A stretch of DNA of 22,001 bases, taken from NCBI GenBank assembly GCA_030668875.1, contig DAOVER010000047.1:1-22001 (forward strand), read 5' to 3'. Position numbers and translations under genes: made by a program. This document shows positions 6,463 through 15,656 of this stretch, piece after piece; the stretch's first letter is position 1; every line of letters starts with the position of its first letter. This DNA is from Candidatus Heimdallarchaeota archaeon. Lineage in GTDB: Archaea; Asgardarchaeota; Heimdallarchaeia; Heimdallarchaeales; Heimdallarchaeaceae. The notes below the pieces were generated by a model. The model ran no database searches, had not been told where the DNA came from, and saw only the letters and a list, made by a program, of their open reading frames with translations.

Positions 6463-9084
6463 GTGATAAATATGAAGCTGCCCAAGCCCTATATTGCTGT
6501 TATGTTTAACTGGAATAAAGAAAAACTCTCCTCCGATATAATTTATTTTTATTTAGGAGGAAAGGATAAGGGCTTCGTTGCACACACAAGATTGAATTTC
6601 ACTTATGAAAAAGATTACCTTAGGGTTTACAAATACATGAAGTTAGGTAAAAATTCAAATTTTCATATGAAACCCCGAGCAGCTACAGAAGACCTTCGGG
6701 AAGCTGAATATATCATAATTCCGGACACTGATTTACCTTGGAATAACAAAGCTTTTCTCGAGTATTGTACCACTTTCAAGATCTCCAAAGCTAGAATTGC
6801 AACTCTCTGCAGAACTTGTCTAGATCAAAGAAATAAGTGGACAAGTTTGGAAAACGATTCTATAATCTATAAGGGTCAAAGAATATGTGAGTATTGTTCA
6901 AAAAAGGAATTAACTCAGGAATTGCATCGAAGCAATTTAGTAGTTTCTGGGGGCCTAACGAAATTTTACCAACAACAAGCAGAACGAGAAGGAAATCTTG
7001 ATGTAGTTCTAGAAAATATTTCTTTTGGTTCAGAGCAAGATCCTATAAGAAACCCAAATTCAACTTTGTTTGATATTGTTGAACCTGTGAAACAAGAAAC
7101 CAGTCTCGCAGTAAATAAAATAAAAGGACTTCCAACTAAATTCCAAGATCTACTGATTGCTGATGGTATCAAAACCTTACTTCCAGTTCAAGAAATATCC
7201 CTTGAAAAAGGATTACTTCGAAATAGTAACTTATTAGTTATTGCTGGAACAACTTCTGGAAAAACACTGATTGGGGAACTTGCTGGAGTAACCAAGGCTT
7301 TGCAAAAAAAGAAATTTGTTTATTTATCACCCTTAGTTGCTTTGACCAATCAGAAATATGAACAATTCAAAAAACGGTATAAGAAAATTGGTCTCAATAC
7401 AGCTGTAAGAGTTGGGATGAGTAGAATAAAGGTTGAGGGAGAGTTTACACCGATTATTGATGATGATATCAGAAATTCGGATATAATAGTTGCTACCTAT
7501 GAAGCTTTTGATTTTCTCCTTAGAGATGGAAGAAGCAAAGCTCTAGGAGACATTGGTGTTATTGTTATTGATGAGGTTCAAATGATAGTATCAGAAGGAA
7601 GAGGGTTTAGATTAAATGGTCTTATTGCTCGTTTGAAGGCCCTTTTTCCAAGCGCTCAATTTATTTACTTATCTGCCACAATAGGAAATCCAGAAGGATT
7701 AGCTGAAGATTTAGATGCTGAAACAGTTTTATATCTTGCTCGACCCATTCCTCTAGAAAGACACGCAATTATCACTGAAAATGAAAGAGATCGTTTTAAG
7801 AACCTGTTTAAATTGTGTCAAAGAGAAGAAAAAATCAAATCAAGTACAGGGTATAAGGGACAAACAATGGTTTTCACAAATTCCCGAAGGAACTGTGAAA
7901 GATTAGCTAAAGACTTGAAAAGAAAAGGAATTTTCTCAACTTATTATCATGCTGGTTTAACTTTTAGAAAAAGAAAGGAGGTTGAAAGAGGGTTTGAAAA
8001 AGGTAAATATTCCACAGTGGTGACAACTATTGCATTAGGAGCTGGAGTAGATTTTCCTGCGTCTACTGTAATTTTCGAGAACTTAGCGATGGGAATTAAT
8101 TGGTTATCAGTAGCAGAATTTCATCAGATGCTTGGAAGAGCAGGTAGACTAGGTTTTCATGATAAGGGTAAAGCATATTTACTTGTAGAACCCGGAAGAA
8201 AAATTTTCATTGGGCAAAAAGAGACCGAAGAACAGATTGCTTTTGAATTGCTAACACAACCCATTGAAGATGTCGACCCAGTTCTCGAGATAACTGAGGA
8301 AGAAGAGGAAATACTAGCTACAGTTGTTGCATTTAAGGATGTCAACATTTCTCAAGATAAAATGATCTTTGCTAACATTCTAGGTAGAACATCTCCCTTA
8401 AGCGAAAATATGAGTGCCTTAAAAAAAATGAAAATGATTTATGTTGAAAATAAAACAATTTTTCCAACAGATCTTGGAAAAGCTGTTTCTCTATCATTTC
8501 TTGCTCCATCTTATGCAATACGATTAGTTCAAGAGATTCAACGTTCTAAGAAAAAAAATCTTGCTGATGATTTAGCGCTAACATTAGCCGCTAAAATTCA
8601 ACCTTTCAGATCAGCACATCTCTCACCGAAAATACATGGTGAGATAGAAAGAACAATAAAGTCCACAATTTCAACTAATATTTTTTCTGGCACTGTTTTA
8701 GACCTCTACTCAGGAAATAGTTGGTCAAGAAGAAGTCCAACCCAAGCGATTATAGAAACATTCTCAAAATGGACAATAAATATTTTTACGTGTAAATGTC
8801 TTGACAAACCATTCTGTGATTGCGGAGAAATTAATTTCTCTAAAATGATTTTTGAATTACGTCAGAAAGGTTATTCACCCTCAAGAATCTCAGAAGAAAT
8901 GCGAAAAGAAAATAATATTCAATTATATCCTGGAGATGTATATTCTTGGCTTGATTCTCTCGTTCATCATCTTCAAGCAATACAACGTTTAGCAGATGTT
9001 TTGGATAAAGATGAGTTAAAACAATCTGCACAAAAATTGGCAAAACAGATTGAGAACCCAAATAAAACTCAAATAAAAAAATAA
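6463..9084 (+). CDS. Archaea-specific superfamily II (Ski2-like) helicase, COG1202 / DUF5814-type
   Basis: LLPVQ (Q motif), GTTSGKT, PLVAL, DEVQ, SAT, YHAGL, GVDFP and QMLGRAGR. N-terminal CRTC/CEYC and C-terminal CKC.DKPFCDC and YPGD are characteristic of this family. Confidence 0.9.
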   Translation: MINMKLPKPYIAVMFNWNKEKLSSDIIYFYLGGKDKGFVAHTRLNFTYEKDYLRVYKYMKLGKNSNFHMKPRAATEDLREAEYIIIPDTDLPWNNKAFLEYCTTFKISKARIATLCRTCLDQRNKWTSLENDSIIYKGQRICEYCSKKELTQELHRSNLVVSGGLTKFYQQQAEREGNLDVVLENISFGSEQDPIRNPNSTLFDIVEPVKQETSLAVNKIKGLPTKFQDLLIADGIKTLLPVQEISLEKGLLRNSNLLVIAGTTSGKTLIGELAGVTKALQKKKFVYLSPLVALTNQKYEQFKKRYKKIGLNTAVRVGMSRIKVEGEFTPIIDDDIRNSDIIVATYEAFDFLLRDGRSKALGDIGVIVIDEVQMIVSEGRGFRLNGLIARLKALFPSAQFIYLSATIGNPEGLAEDLDAETVLYLARPIPLERHAIITENERDRFKNLFKLCQREEKIKSSTGYKGQTMVFTNSRRNCERLAKDLKRKGIFSTYYHAGLTFRKRKEVERGFEKGKYSTVVTTIALGAGVDFPASTVIFENLAMGINWLSVAEFHQMLGRAGRLGFHDKGKAYLLVEPGRKIFIGQKETEEQIAFELLTQPIEDVDPVLEITEEEEEILATVVAFKDVNISQDKMIFANILGRTSPLSENMSALKKMKMIYVENKTIFPTDLGKAVSLSFLAPSYAIRLVQEIQRSKKKNLADDLALTLAAKIQPFRSAHLSPKIHGEIERTIKSTISTNIFSGTVLDLYSGNSWSRRSPTQAIIETFSKWTINIFTCKCLDKPFCDCGEINFSKMIFELRQKGYSPSRISEEMRKENNIQLYPGDVYSWLDSLVHHLQAIQRLADVLDKDELKQSAQKLAKQIENPNKTQIKK

Positions 9085-9170
9085 GAGATAATCCCGTTTA
9101 TTCATTAAATCATGTCAATTCGTCATATTTATGAATATCTAAAATCTAATACTCATCGTAAGGTGAAACA

Positions 9171-10244
9171 ATGTTTGAAAATGACTATGACATGGCTTTA
9201 TCCAATGAAGACTTATTTATGATAATACTTGGAGGATTTGCTTTTCTTTTCTCGTTTACAGATATTACCGGACCACAAGCTGGTATTTCCCTTCCTATAA
9301 CTATATTTTTCGTGATCGGTTGGGGAATTGTGAGATTCAGGAGACGCCCTCTTCCAAAACAAGTTCAATCAACCCGTTTCATTTATTTATCTTTAATAAA
9401 AACAATCAGGAATTATACTCTCTTTTCGATCATCATTCAAAACATATTTCTCCTAAGTGGCTATGTTCAACCTATCAATGACGAAGCAATTATAATAAAA
9501 ATAGCCAATTTTGTTATGTTAATAGTCGTGTCCATATTTGAGATTGCAGGACATATCACTGTTCCTGATGATCTCCACGTTTTTCATTTAATCGAAGGGG
9601 AGGACGAGGAAACAATCAAGAAGAATCGGTTTTCTCTTCTTTATGGTCTCAAATTTTGGATGTGGTTAAGTATTACTTCATTAATTGTACTTGGAGCTAC
9701 AGCTTATCCATTTTATACAGCGTTTTTCGTTGCGTTTAACAACAATCAAATATTGATTGTTATTTTTCAATTTGTAGCTCTCCTTCTTGGAGCAGGTCTT
9801 TTTGTATATACTTATTTCAATACGATGTCCTTTGGTAAACTTAAGAAACCAGAAATGGTAATCAAAGCTGTTAACTACTATAATACTGTAGAGTTAAGAG
9901 AAAGAAGTTACGAGATTTTGGAGAATTATCTAGAAAACAAACATGAAAATCTTGGCATCCTATCTAAACTAGCTACTATGAATACACAAGATGAAAATTA
10001 TCATAAAGTACTCGATCTAACAAGAAGGATTCTTGATGAAACAGAGGAGAAGGAGATTAATGTCCCACACATGATAGCTAGAGCTCATCTACTTCAAGCA
10101 ATCAGCTTAAAAGCACTGGAAAATTTCAAATTGGCTTATGAAGAAGTAACGAAATCACTTCATTACATACCAGAAAATGATGTCGCAAGAAAGCTTCGAA
10201 GGGATTTAAGAAGAATCCTAAAGGTTAAGGTTCAAGAAAAATAA
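9171..10244 (+). CDS. Polytopic membrane protein (~6 TM) with C-terminal TPR-like repeats
   Basis: Hydrophobic segments across residues ~15-216. The C-terminal AHLLQAISLKALENFKLAYEEVTKSLHYIPENDVA fits the TPR consensus. Confidence 0.7.
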   Translation: MFENDYDMALSNEDLFMIILGGFAFLFSFTDITGPQAGISLPITIFFVIGWGIVRFRRRPLPKQVQSTRFIYLSLIKTIRNYTLFSIIIQNIFLLSGYVQPINDEAIIIKIANFVMLIVVSIFEIAGHITVPDDLHVFHLIEGEDEETIKKNRFSLLYGLKFWMWLSITSLIVLGATAYPFYTAFFVAFNNNQILIVIFQFVALLLGAGLFVYTYFNTMSFGKLKKPEMVIKAVNYYNTVELRERSYEILENYLENKHENLGILSKLATMNTQDENYHKVLDLTRRILDETEEKEINVPHMIARAHLLQAISLKALENFKLAYEEVTKSLHYIPENDVARKLRRDLRRILKVKVQEK

Positions 10245-10344
10245 TAGATAGCTTTCTAATTTCTATTATTCTCAGCTTTTTCTTTAATTATTACAGTTAC
10301 AATTTACACAATGATTTTAAATGATACATCTATAGCAAATTCAG

Positions 10345-11226
10345 ATGAGAATATGTTCCATCGATTCTACACTTAATGAGGAAATACCTGCAAAACAGAT
10401 AGCAAAACTAATAGATTCAGATATAGCTAAGGTAGAAATCAATATTGTGAAAAAGAAGGTTGGAACGATAGGGTTAGCTAGAAAAACGCTTGAAAAATCA
10501 CATGTTCTTTTTATAACCTTGCCTAAGAAAAAGATCACTCAAGAAATTTATATAGAGCTCATTTCATATATTGACATAGGTGGAACACTTATACTAACCT
10601 TGCCTTCTCCACCTTGGGAAGATTTGGGAAGATTCTTTGAAGAAATGATTAATGAATTAGGTATAACATTTCAGCATAAATATGTATACGGTTTACCAAA
10701 AATACCCTCTGATACTCGCTTAATTGGATCAACATTAACCATAACGAAAGCTCATGTAATAAATTATAATAAGAATAAGGATTTTCTTAAAGAAAATGGT
10801 ATAAAGAAATATCTTCCATTAGCTCTAATGGACAAGAAACCAGTGATTCTAGCCGGTTACAAACGCAGAGGAAAATTTATTATTATAAGTTCTCCCGAGA
10901 TATTTACCGATATAAATTCTGATTTTCTAAACAGATTAGTTCTCCTTTCTTCACAGAAAATCGACTATAAATTATCCGAAGAGAATGTGAAATATAATAT
11001 CGGAAAGAGCAATTTTAGTTTACAACTTCAACATGGCAGTTTACAAAGCTATTTATTGAGCCTTTTCCATTATAATTTCATGTTTCTTCAAGAAGAAGTA
11101 GAATTTACTTCTAAAGAAGACTTAACAGAAAGAATATACAATGTATTAGTGAAACAGAATGTAATCGGTGATTTACCTTCAAAACAAGATATATTCAAAA
11201 TAATTGATAAATTTAAGATTAAGTGA
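10345..11226 (+). CDS. Soluble GIFT-domain (GldG/IFT52; class-I GATase-like fold) protein
   Basis: HVLFITLPKKKITQEIYIELISYIDIGGTLIL, ELGITF and PVILAGYKRRGKFIIISSPEIFTD follow the GIFT/DUF4350 pattern. No signal peptide or TM segment. Confidence 0.6.
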   Translation: MRICSIDSTLNEEIPAKQIAKLIDSDIAKVEINIVKKKVGTIGLARKTLEKSHVLFITLPKKKITQEIYIELISYIDIGGTLILTLPSPPWEDLGRFFEEMINELGITFQHKYVYGLPKIPSDTRLIGSTLTITKAHVINYNKNKDFLKENGIKKYLPLALMDKKPVILAGYKRRGKFIIISSPEIFTDINSDFLNRLVLLSSQKIDYKLSEENVKYNIGKSNFSLQLQHGSLQSYLLSLFHYNFMFLQEEVEFTSKEDLTERIYNVLVKQNVIGDLPSKQDIFKIIDKFKIK

Positions 11227-12299
11227 CTAATATGCTGATAAGAAGGATTTTAATTGTTACTGATAGCGGTCTCCCAGTTTTCGATTACGAAGAATATTCA
11301 AGAGGAGACGAAGTTCTTGTCTCAGGATTAGTTACAGCAATTCTCAAATTTGCAGAAGAAACAGAAAAAGAGCGCCTTTCTAGAGTTTATTTTGAAGAAA
11401 GTCTTTATATTCTTACAGCAATTGAATCTGTAATCCTCATTTTTCAGATTTCAGATGAAATGCCAGGAGAATATGCTGAGTATGTGAGTAATCAAATCAC
11501 TGAAAGTTTCATTAAGAACTACCGAGAAGAAGTTAAGAGGTTCCGAGGAGATGTTTCTGTTTTTCGTGGTTTTCAAGAAACATGTGAGGAAATTCTATTA
11601 CAGAATGGAGTAACAATTGCCAACATTTTAATTGATACACCAGAAGGAGAAAAACTTAAAGCGTGGTGTTTGTATTCGCTAGAAAATGAACCACTGATAG
11701 TTAAAGCAAATTCTCCGAATTATAATATTGACAGTTTTACTATTTTTCAAGTACTTGGAAAAAGTTTCAGAAAAGTCAGCAAAAATGTGGAAAGATGCTC
11801 AAAAGGCACATGCTTTCATATCACTCATGAAGGTAATCTGGTACAATCAATTCTTTTACCAGCTGTTTTCATAGTTATCGAAACGGCAATAGATGAAATG
11901 GCAGTACAGCGATTTAGACAATTCAAAATTAAATCTCAGCAACAACTTGAAGGTATAATCAATGAATTCTACAAGCCTGATAAGATTCAAATTTATAGTA
12001 AAAAGGAGTTTTTGGGCACTCCAGAACAAACTATGAATCCAAGATATAAAATTCTCTATGATCTTTTTAGCGCAGCTGAAAAGGGTTTAGAGTATCTCTA
12101 CAAATCACCAATTCACGTTCAGATTTTAAATATGGATAAAGGAGTAATGGCGATAATTAAACTTGTTAATAGAGTTGCCTTCTTAGAATTTGAATCACAA
12201 CAAACTTCTGCAAGTATAATTGAATCAACAAAAAGAATGTTTGAGCAAGAACAGCTAATTAAGGACGATACCCTTGAAGCAATGCTAGAAAAATCGTAG
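11223..12299 (+). CDS. Longin-domain protein with two further longin/roadblock-like repeats (GTG start overlapping the upstream TGA; alternative ATG 11232)
   Basis: N-terminal IRRILIVTDSGLPVF...DEVLVSGLVTAILKFAEE...F..F is the Asgard-type longin signature. Two further ~110-120 aa units show a helix-beta-beta-helix-beta-beta-beta-helix pattern. Confidence 0.65.
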   Translation: MTNMLIRRILIVTDSGLPVFDYEEYSRGDEVLVSGLVTAILKFAEETEKERLSRVYFEESLYILTAIESVILIFQISDEMPGEYAEYVSNQITESFIKNYREEVKRFRGDVSVFRGFQETCEEILLQNGVTIANILIDTPEGEKLKAWCLYSLENEPLIVKANSPNYNIDSFTIFQVLGKSFRKVSKNVERCSKGTCFHITHEGNLVQSILLPAVFIVIETAIDEMAVQRFRQFKIKSQQQLEGIINEFYKPDKIQIYSKKEFLGTPEQTMNPRYKILYDLFSAAEKGLEYLYKSPIHVQILNMDKGVMAIIKLVNRVAFLEFESQQTSASIIESTKRMFEQEQLIKDDTLEAMLEKS

Positions 12300-13284
12300 T
12301 TGCAGTCAAATCAGCTGTTGATCCAGGATTTATCACTCTGGAATGCGAGGTTCGTAAATAGGAATCTAATTCATTTATTTTTTGTTTTCCTTGAACTGTA
12401 AAAATTCCACCTTGTTTGATTATCGATTTAGCTTCTTTATTTATTATAGTAGCAACCTCATTACCAAATCTCTTAGCAACATGAGTATCTTTTTTTTCTG
12501 CAAGTAATGTGATATATGTTTGAATTATTGATTTCTTGAAATTACTTGTTTCCTCGTAAACCTTAACGAAAGTTGAATAGCCATATTTTATCGTTATCTG
12601 ATACTTATTCGCTAATTCATAGAAAATCACATCTCTTTCTTCGTAAAATTTAGTAAGTTCATACAAATTAGTTCGTTCATGTTGATGAGCTTCTAAAAAT
12701 GAGTTAAAGTCATCTTCAACTTTATTTGAAGGTAGAATTCTATTTGATACAAATTTATTTAAAGCTTCAGTGAGATGTGTACAGTCATCAGTTGTCGAGT
12801 TTTTTAGAAATTGATCTGTTACATTCATCACGTTATCTAAATTTAGCCTAACGTTGGTTTTCATGCCCTCATTTGTGAAACAGTGAGCAACTCCAAGAGT
12901 GATTGGAGAAAACATTAGTATTGTACCGAAGATAGTATTTGTTTCAGATTTGTACCAAGTTGTTGATCTTTCAAGAGCTTTAAAGATATACAACCCAAGT
13001 TCTGCATCTTCGAACCAAAGATGATTTTCAGCAACTAAGATCCCTCTCTTTGAAAGTCCAAATATGGGAGCAAACAAACTACTTCCCCCCGCAAGAAAAT
13101 CCATTGTTTTTGTATCTGCTAATTCATAATTGAATGAAGCTCCACCTGGTTTAGGTTCTGCGGCATATAATAAATTATGAGCTAATACGGCACATTGTGA
13201 GATGTATAATTGTACGTCAAGAGCTTTTCCTTTCACGTCATTAGATGTCAGTGAGAAAGGCATTCTGAATAAATTTCTACTCAT
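12259..13284 (-). CDS. citG: CitG-family triphosphoribosyl-dephospho-CoA synthase-like protein (COG1767, archaeal type)
   Basis: EPKPG, TNTIFG, PITLG and C-terminal INPGSTADL. Confidence 0.85.
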   Translation of the reverse strand: MSRNLFRMPFSLTSNDVKGKALDVQLYISQCAVLAHNLLYAAEPKPGGASFNYELADTKTMDFLAGGSSLFAPIFGLSKRGILVAENHLWFEDAELGLYIFKALERSTTWYKSETNTIFGTILMFSPITLGVAHCFTNEGMKTNVRLNLDNVMNVTDQFLKNSTTDDCTHLTEALNKFVSNRILPSNKVEDDFNSFLEAHQHERTNLYELTKFYEERDVIFYELANKYQITIKYGYSTFVKVYEETSNFKKSIIQTYITLLAEKKDTHVAKRFGNEVATIINKEAKSIIKQGGIFTVQGKQKINELDSYLRTSHSRVINPGSTADLTATTIFLALLQGYRP

Positions 13285-13455
13285 GCTATTTTTAATTAAT
13301 CGGTTTTTGAGAAAATATGTATTTTTCTATTGAGACTAGCGTTAAGTTTATTATAATCGTAGTTTAATGTATATGTGATGTTTCCGAAAGGGAATTGTTC
13401 TCGATTTTTTGTTAGTTTTCTATATAGTATAATTTTTTCCCTTTCGAATATCTAG

Positions 13456-14031
13456 GTGATAAACATGAACTATGAATTAAGAAAATCGGACTCCCTCGCA
13501 CATGCGACTGGATCTTTTAAACAAAATCTGAAAGAAGTAAATCTCAGATGGAACGAACACATAGTTAAACTAGGTAACCTAGGCCCTCAGATTATTGGAG
13601 GTATAAATGAATCAATAAAAAGAAGTAAGAATGAAAAGGTCGCAACAATAGTGACATCATCTCTTTCCGAATTTAGTCAAGTCCTGAATAGCATGGATAA
13701 AACTAATGCTGAAATGGTTGATCTTATGATAGATATAGAAGGTTTGGACTTTCCTCTTAAGACGCCAAAGAAAATTTTGAATCTGTGTGAAAAAGAAGAG
13801 GATAATTTAAAAATGCTACATAATATAATTCGAAATTTGAGTAAAACGTATAATTTTTTTGACAAAGTAAAAAAAGATAAGGGGTTACTTTTGAATTCTT
13901 TGAACTCTTTTGAAACAGCTTTCTCTGATCTACAAGAAATAATTAAGCAAAGTTTAGACTTAACTGCTTTACTTGTAGCAGAACTGGATAAAGAACATAG
14001 CAAAGCTAAGAGATATTTAGGAAAAGTGTAA
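13456..14031 (+). CDS. Hypothetical all-helical / coiled-coil protein (ATG start probably 13465)
   Basis: 191-codon ORF with a GGTGA RBS. Long amphipathic helices, no catalytic motifs. Confidence 0.7.
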   Translation: MINMNYELRKSDSLAHATGSFKQNLKEVNLRWNEHIVKLGNLGPQIIGGINESIKRSKNEKVATIVTSSLSEFSQVLNSMDKTNAEMVDLMIDIEGLDFPLKTPKKILNLCEKEEDNLKMLHNIIRNLSKTYNFFDKVKKDKGLLLNSLNSFETAFSDLQEIIKQSLDLTALLVAELDKEHSKAKRYLGKV

Positions 14032-14098
14032 ACTTTTCTTTTTTCTTCATTATTAGATAATGAAAAAGAGTTATTAATCTGCAGAACAACTATTTTCA

Positions 14099-15643
14099 AT
14101 GAATAAAGATACCAATGATTTCTTTACAATTCGAATGACTAGAGCTTTAGAGGAAAATGTATTTGCAGAAGGCGTTACGATTTTTGAAATGATGAAAGTT
14201 GCTGGCAAGGCAGTTGCAGAGGAAATCATCCAATTTTGCAAAGAAGAATCACTAAACTCAATAACTATATTCTCAGGATATGGCAATAATGGAGGAGATT
14301 CTATGACAGCTGCAAAACTACTGTTAGAACAAGGTTTTAACTGTTCTATTGTCGTTGTTGGTAATAAGGACAAGTTTGATTCTTTAGCTTCTCAAAAAAA
14401 CTACGAAGTACTTCAAAAAATATTACCGAAAGAGAACTGGTGCTATGTCCGCGAACCAGAGGATTTCAGCAAGATACCAGAGAGCATGTTGGAAAATAAA
14501 ATTATTCTAGATGCAATCTTAGGAATTGGAGTTACAGGAAATTTAAGAGAACCAATAAAAACAGCTGTTGAATATCTTAACACAAGGAATCAGGATAAGA
14601 TTATTGCTTTAGATATCCCATCAGGATACAATCCAGAAACACAAAATGAACTATTTGTGAAACACCCTAATCTTATCATTTGTTTGGGTAGAAATAAGAT
14701 CCGTAAAGATGACTTTTCAGTTGCACAAATTGTAGTTAAAGATATAGGTATTCCAGAAGATGCAGAAAAATTTGTTGGCATTGGAGATCTCAAATGGTTC
14801 TATCCTAGAAGAAAACCCGATAGTCATAAGAGACAAAATGGAGTAGTTACAATTATAGCAGGTTCTAGGGATTATATAGGTGCTCCAGCTTTAGTAGGAT
14901 TTGGAGCTTTTAGAACTGGAGCAGATCTAATTTTTATTCTCACCCCTGCTGATATCAGAAAAACAGTCTCATCTTATGCACCTGATTTTATAACAATCCC
15001 TGCCGCCGAAGGTGAAGTCACCCCGAACGATATTGAAGACATTTTCAACCACCATCGAACAAAAGGTTCCACATATGTAATTGGTCCCGGAATGATAGAT
15101 TCCCAGATAACAAAAGATACTTTACTAGAGTTTCTTAAATCTAAAGAATCTAAACAAGTCGTAATAGATGCTAGCGCCTTAAGTTCAATGGAAGAAGAAC
15201 ACTTATTCCTATTAAAATACCATCGATCAATTCTTACTCCTCATAGAGGTGAGTTCATGAAAATTTTCAAGAAGCAATTGTCGGGAGATGTCGATAAAGA
15301 TGCAGAAATAGTATCAGAAGTAGCAGCTAAATGGAAAACAACAATTGTTTTGAAAGGACAAAAAGACATAATATCTAATGGAAAAATCACAAAATTCAAC
15401 AAAACTGGGCATCCTGGGATGACTGTTGGAGGTACCGGGGATGTTCTCACAGGCATAATTGGAGCTCTTCTTGCTGTTATTGATGATCCGTTTCTCGTGT
15501 CGTGTTTGGGTGTCTATATTTCTGGAGCAGCTGGAGAATTGGCTGCAAAAGATTATGGAGACGGATTAATGGCTTCAGATATCCCCAACTATATTCATAA
15601 AGTTATAGAGGGGGCTTTATCTTTTATAGCAAAGGAGATTTGA
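14099..15643 (+). CDS. nnr: Bifunctional NAD(P)H-hydrate epimerase/dehydratase (NnrE-NnrD, YjeF)
   Basis: GNNGGD, DAILGIG and DIPSG (epimerase); AGSRDYIGAP, IGPG, LTPHRGEF, LKG and GGTGDVLTG (dehydratase). Confidence 0.95.
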   Translation: MNKDTNDFFTIRMTRALEENVFAEGVTIFEMMKVAGKAVAEEIIQFCKEESLNSITIFSGYGNNGGDSMTAAKLLLEQGFNCSIVVVGNKDKFDSLASQKNYEVLQKILPKENWCYVREPEDFSKIPESMLENKIILDAILGIGVTGNLREPIKTAVEYLNTRNQDKIIALDIPSGYNPETQNELFVKHPNLIICLGRNKIRKDDFSVAQIVVKDIGIPEDAEKFVGIGDLKWFYPRRKPDSHKRQNGVVTIIAGSRDYIGAPALVGFGAFRTGADLIFILTPADIRKTVSSYAPDFITIPAAEGEVTPNDIEDIFNHHRTKGSTYVIGPGMIDSQITKDTLLEFLKSKESKQVVIDASALSSMEEEHLFLLKYHRSILTPHRGEFMKIFKKQLSGDVDKDAEIVSEVAAKWKTTIVLKGQKDIISNGKITKFNKTGHPGMTVGGTGDVLTGIIGALLAVIDDPFLVSCLGVYISGAAGELAAKDYGDGLMASDIPNYIHKVIEGALSFIAKEI

Positions 15644-15656
15644 AAGATTTAGGTAA

